This document shows, piece by piece, positions 62,082-64,000 of a stretch of DNA of 64,000 nucleotides. The position numbers and the translations under genes are program-made. The stretch is from Bacillales bacterium UBA6259 (GTDB lineage: Bacteria; Bacillota; Bacilli; Tepidibacillales; Tepidibacillaceae): positions 49,078 through 113,077 of the forward strand of contig DJVJ01000047.1 of assembly GCA_002441135.1 (NCBI GenBank). The letters run 5' to 3'. Every line of letters starts with the position of its first letter. Positions within the stretch are counted from its first letter, which is position 1. The notes under the pieces are model-generated. The model saw nothing but the letters and a program-made list of their open reading frames with translations, made no database searches and was not told the origin of the DNA.

Positions 62082-63449
62082 CTAAGCACTAATATTTGTA
62101 GATTTCTGTTGTTCCTTTTCCTGTTTAATTTTATCTTTTATTATTTTCGTTTCCGCTACAACGACCCCTGATAAAGCAATTAAGCCGATTAAGTTTGGAA
62201 CCGCCATTAATCCATTCATAACATCTGCAATATCCCAAACGATACCAAGAGATAGACCTGCACCAATCAATACAGAAATAGAGAAAAGGGTGCGATAAAG
62301 AGTAACTGACTTCGCGCCAAATAAATACTCAAAGCTTTTTTCTCCATAATAGGACCAACCTAAAATGGTGGAGTATGCAAATAGAATTAGACCAATAGTT
62401 ACAATCCATCCACCAATACCAGGTAAGAACATATTAAAAGCATCTGCGGTTAATGAAGCTTTATTCACGTCAGGAGCATCATACAATCCACTCATGGTAA
62501 TTACGATACCAGTAATAGAAGCAACTATTACAGTATCTAAAAAGGTTCCTGTCATAGATACTAATGCTTGACGTCCCGGAACGTCAGTCTTTGCAGCAGC
62601 TGCAGCAATTGGAGCAGAACCTAAACCAGCTTCGTTTGAGAATACACCTCGTGCAACCCCCCAACGAATAACAGTTCCAATTGCGCCCCCTGCCATTGCT
62701 GTTCCTGTAAATGCATCAGAGAAAATTAACCCAAATGCTGCTGGAACCTCTGTAAGATTTAAAAGAATAATCACTAATCCACCTAATACATAAAATAAGG
62801 CCATAAAAGGAACTAAGTAAGATGTAACTCGGCCAATACTTTTTATACCACCTAAAATAACTAAACCAGTTAAAGCAGCAAGAATGAATCCGGTAATCCA
62901 TGGATTAAGACCAAAGCTAGCTGAAATATTACCTGCTACCGCATTAGATTGAACCATGTTTCCAATACCAAATGCTGCTACAGAAGCAAAAAGTGCAAAA
63001 AGAACAGCTAACCATTTCCATCCTAAGCCTTTTTCAATGTAATACATTGGTCCTCCAGCCATTTCTCCCCGCTCATCTACTGTACGATACTTAACCGCTA
63101 ATACACCCTCTGCGTATTTTGTAGCCATACCTACTAAAGCAGTAACCCACATCCAAAAAACAGCACCGGGTCCACCTAAAACAACCGCAGTGGCAACACC
63201 AACAATATTACCTGTACCAATGGTGGCAGCAAGAGCAGTCATTAGTGCTGCAAAATGAGAAATATCCCCTTGTGAAGATTGATCTTGATGCTTTGAAAAG
63301 GAAAGCTTAAGTGCATAACCAAGATGAGAAAATTGAAGAAATGAAATACGTAATGTAAGAAAAATTCCAGTACCAACGATGAGGATAAGCAATGGTGGTC
63401 CCCAAACAATACTACTAATTTCACTGATTAGGTTTGTAAAAAATTCCAT
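62082..63449 (-). CDS. Alanine/glycine:cation symporter (AGCS family)
   Basis: 455 aa, polytopic. ALAATIGTGNIVGVATAV and FSNEAGLGSAPIAAAAAKT are AGCS signatures. Confidence 0.9.
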   Translation of the reverse strand: MEFFTNLISEISSIVWGPPLLILIVGTGIFLTLRISFLQFSHLGYALKLSFSKHQDQSSQGDISHFAALMTALAATIGTGNIVGVATAVVLGGPGAVFWMWVTALVGMATKYAEGVLAVKYRTVDERGEMAGGPMYYIEKGLGWKWLAVLFALFASVAAFGIGNMVQSNAVAGNISASFGLNPWITGFILAALTGLVILGGIKSIGRVTSYLVPFMALFYVLGGLVIILLNLTEVPAAFGLIFSDAFTGTAMAGGAIGTVIRWGVARGVFSNEAGLGSAPIAAAAAKTDVPGRQALVSMTGTFLDTVIVASITGIVITMSGLYDAPDVNKASLTADAFNMFLPGIGGWIVTIGLILFAYSTILGWSYYGEKSFEYLFGAKSVTLYRTLFSISVLIGAGLSLGIVWDIADVMNGLMAVPNLIGLIALSGVVVAETKIIKDKIKQEKEQQKSTNISA

Positions 63450-63675
63450 TTAAGATACCTCCTATTTTTATTTTTGAATGTATAGAAAATTAGGACTATT
63501 TATATTTATTCATTTTAAACACAGAATAATACTTTAGTCAACTAAAATGTAATAAAAAATATGGCAAAAAAATATGACGAAAGTTAGAAATAGATTTAGT
63601 GAATAAGGTTCAGTATAAAAGGTGGTCAAATAGTGGTAAAATTTAAATATAGGCATATGGATTTTGGAGGGAAAT

Positions 63676-64000
63676 ATGAAAAATTACAAAGGCAAACAAG
63701 AAAATAGAACCAAACAAGAAACCAATACTACTTTTAGCTTAGGCCAGAAAATAGAGGTCGAAATAAAGAAAATAGGAATTAATGGTGAAGGAGTAGGTTA
63801 TTACAATAAGCAGGTCATCTTTATTCCCGGTGGATTACCAGAGGAGAAGATTGTTGTAGAGGTTGTTAAGATTGGCAAAAACCATGCAGAGGGTAAAATA
63901 ATTCAAATTAAAGAAGAGGGCAAAGGTCGCATAGAACCGCTATGTCCTGTATATGAACAATGTGGTGGATGTAGCCTACAGCATTTAGACTATCAACAGC
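63676..64000 (+). CDS. 23S rRNA (uracil-5-)-methyltransferase RumA/RlmCD family, 3'-truncated by the window end
   Basis: TRAM-domain N-terminus (GQKIEVEIKKIGINGEGVGY) followed by the Fe-S cysteine motif CPVYEQCGGCSLQHL. GGAGGG RBS. Confidence 0.8.
   Translation, partial: MKNYKGKQENRTKQETNTTFSLGQKIEVEIKKIGINGEGVGYYNKQVIFIPGGLPEEKIVVEVVKIGKNHAEGKIIQIKEEGKGRIEPLCPVYEQCGGCSLQHLDYQQ

Noticed and set aside
171-63424. About 45 short ORFs in the track (60-123 aa) lying antisense to, or out of frame within, larger genes. Examples: 171-416, 2273-2587, 17897-18217, 29874-30200, 34397-34768, 50167-50478, 52566-52862.
   Set aside because: Each is fully embedded in a longer ORF that has clear family motifs. 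They lack RBS-like sequences and have skewed, low-complexity translations typical of the opposite strand of AT-rich genes. Nothing supports them as real genes.
63450-63675. Glycine riboswitch expected upstream of the alanine/glycine:cation symporter (minus strand).
   Set aside because: The reverse complement of this region is extremely AT-rich and lacks the GGAGAG...CACCG and CTCTGGAGAG...ACCGAAGGGGCAA blocks. Only a short TTTAGT-CA-ACTAAA palindrome is present.
1-64000. Mobile elements, prophage remnants, integrons, rRNA/tRNA genes, group II introns and retrons.
   Set aside because: No transposase, integrase, recombinase or reverse-transcriptase-like ORF appears in any frame. There are no terminal inverted repeats flanking gene blocks other than the GC-core palindromes. 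No tRNA-like cloverleaf or rRNA-like GC-rich stretches were seen in the intergenic regions.

Overview
64-kb chromosomal segment of an AT-rich, low-GC Firmicute. Gene content looks Bacillales-like: helD, prpE, pepF, a YjcD-like helicase, a YjcZ-like sporulation peptide, T-box and L-box leaders, and SLH-anchored exoproteins. All product calls come from reading the ORF translations and recalling family motifs; no searches were run. I support about 53 protein-coding genes. These are mostly housekeeping, transport and envelope functions: Trk K+ uptake, an L-box-controlled amino-acid ABC importer, a MarR plus heterodimeric ABC exporter module, two UvrD-superfamily helicases, Pgi, T-box-controlled serine biosynthesis genes, a run of phosphoesterases, a hydroxy-acid oxidation cluster, and an AGCS symporter. 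I found no rRNA, tRNA, CRISPR array, transposase, integrase, prophage gene or recognisable defence system, so this reads as core chromosome rather than an accessory island. No obviously novel multi-gene system can be demonstrated from sequence alone. The items most worth a second look are: (1) five intergenic palindromes sharing an identical GC core AAAAGGGGCC-W-GGCCCCTTTT, with arms that differ but stay self-complementary at each locus, and which bracket gene modules; (2) a helicase whose C-terminal zinc ribbon is split by a nested 21-bp in-frame tandem repeat, and whose CPVCG codons also form the intrinsic terminator of the convergent operon; (3) a chemoreceptor co-transcribed with a cNMP-binding/CBS/DUF294 nucleotidyltransferase; (4) a tandem duplication and fusion giving a 1222-aa two-module nucleotidase with internal SLH anchors; (5) a G9 homopolymer inside a phosphodiesterase gene; (6) a LarA-like/GlcDF/Fe-ADH cluster with no cofactor-synthesis genes in view; (7) a sigma-like orphan ORF; and several unlisted small ORFs and operator-like repeats.
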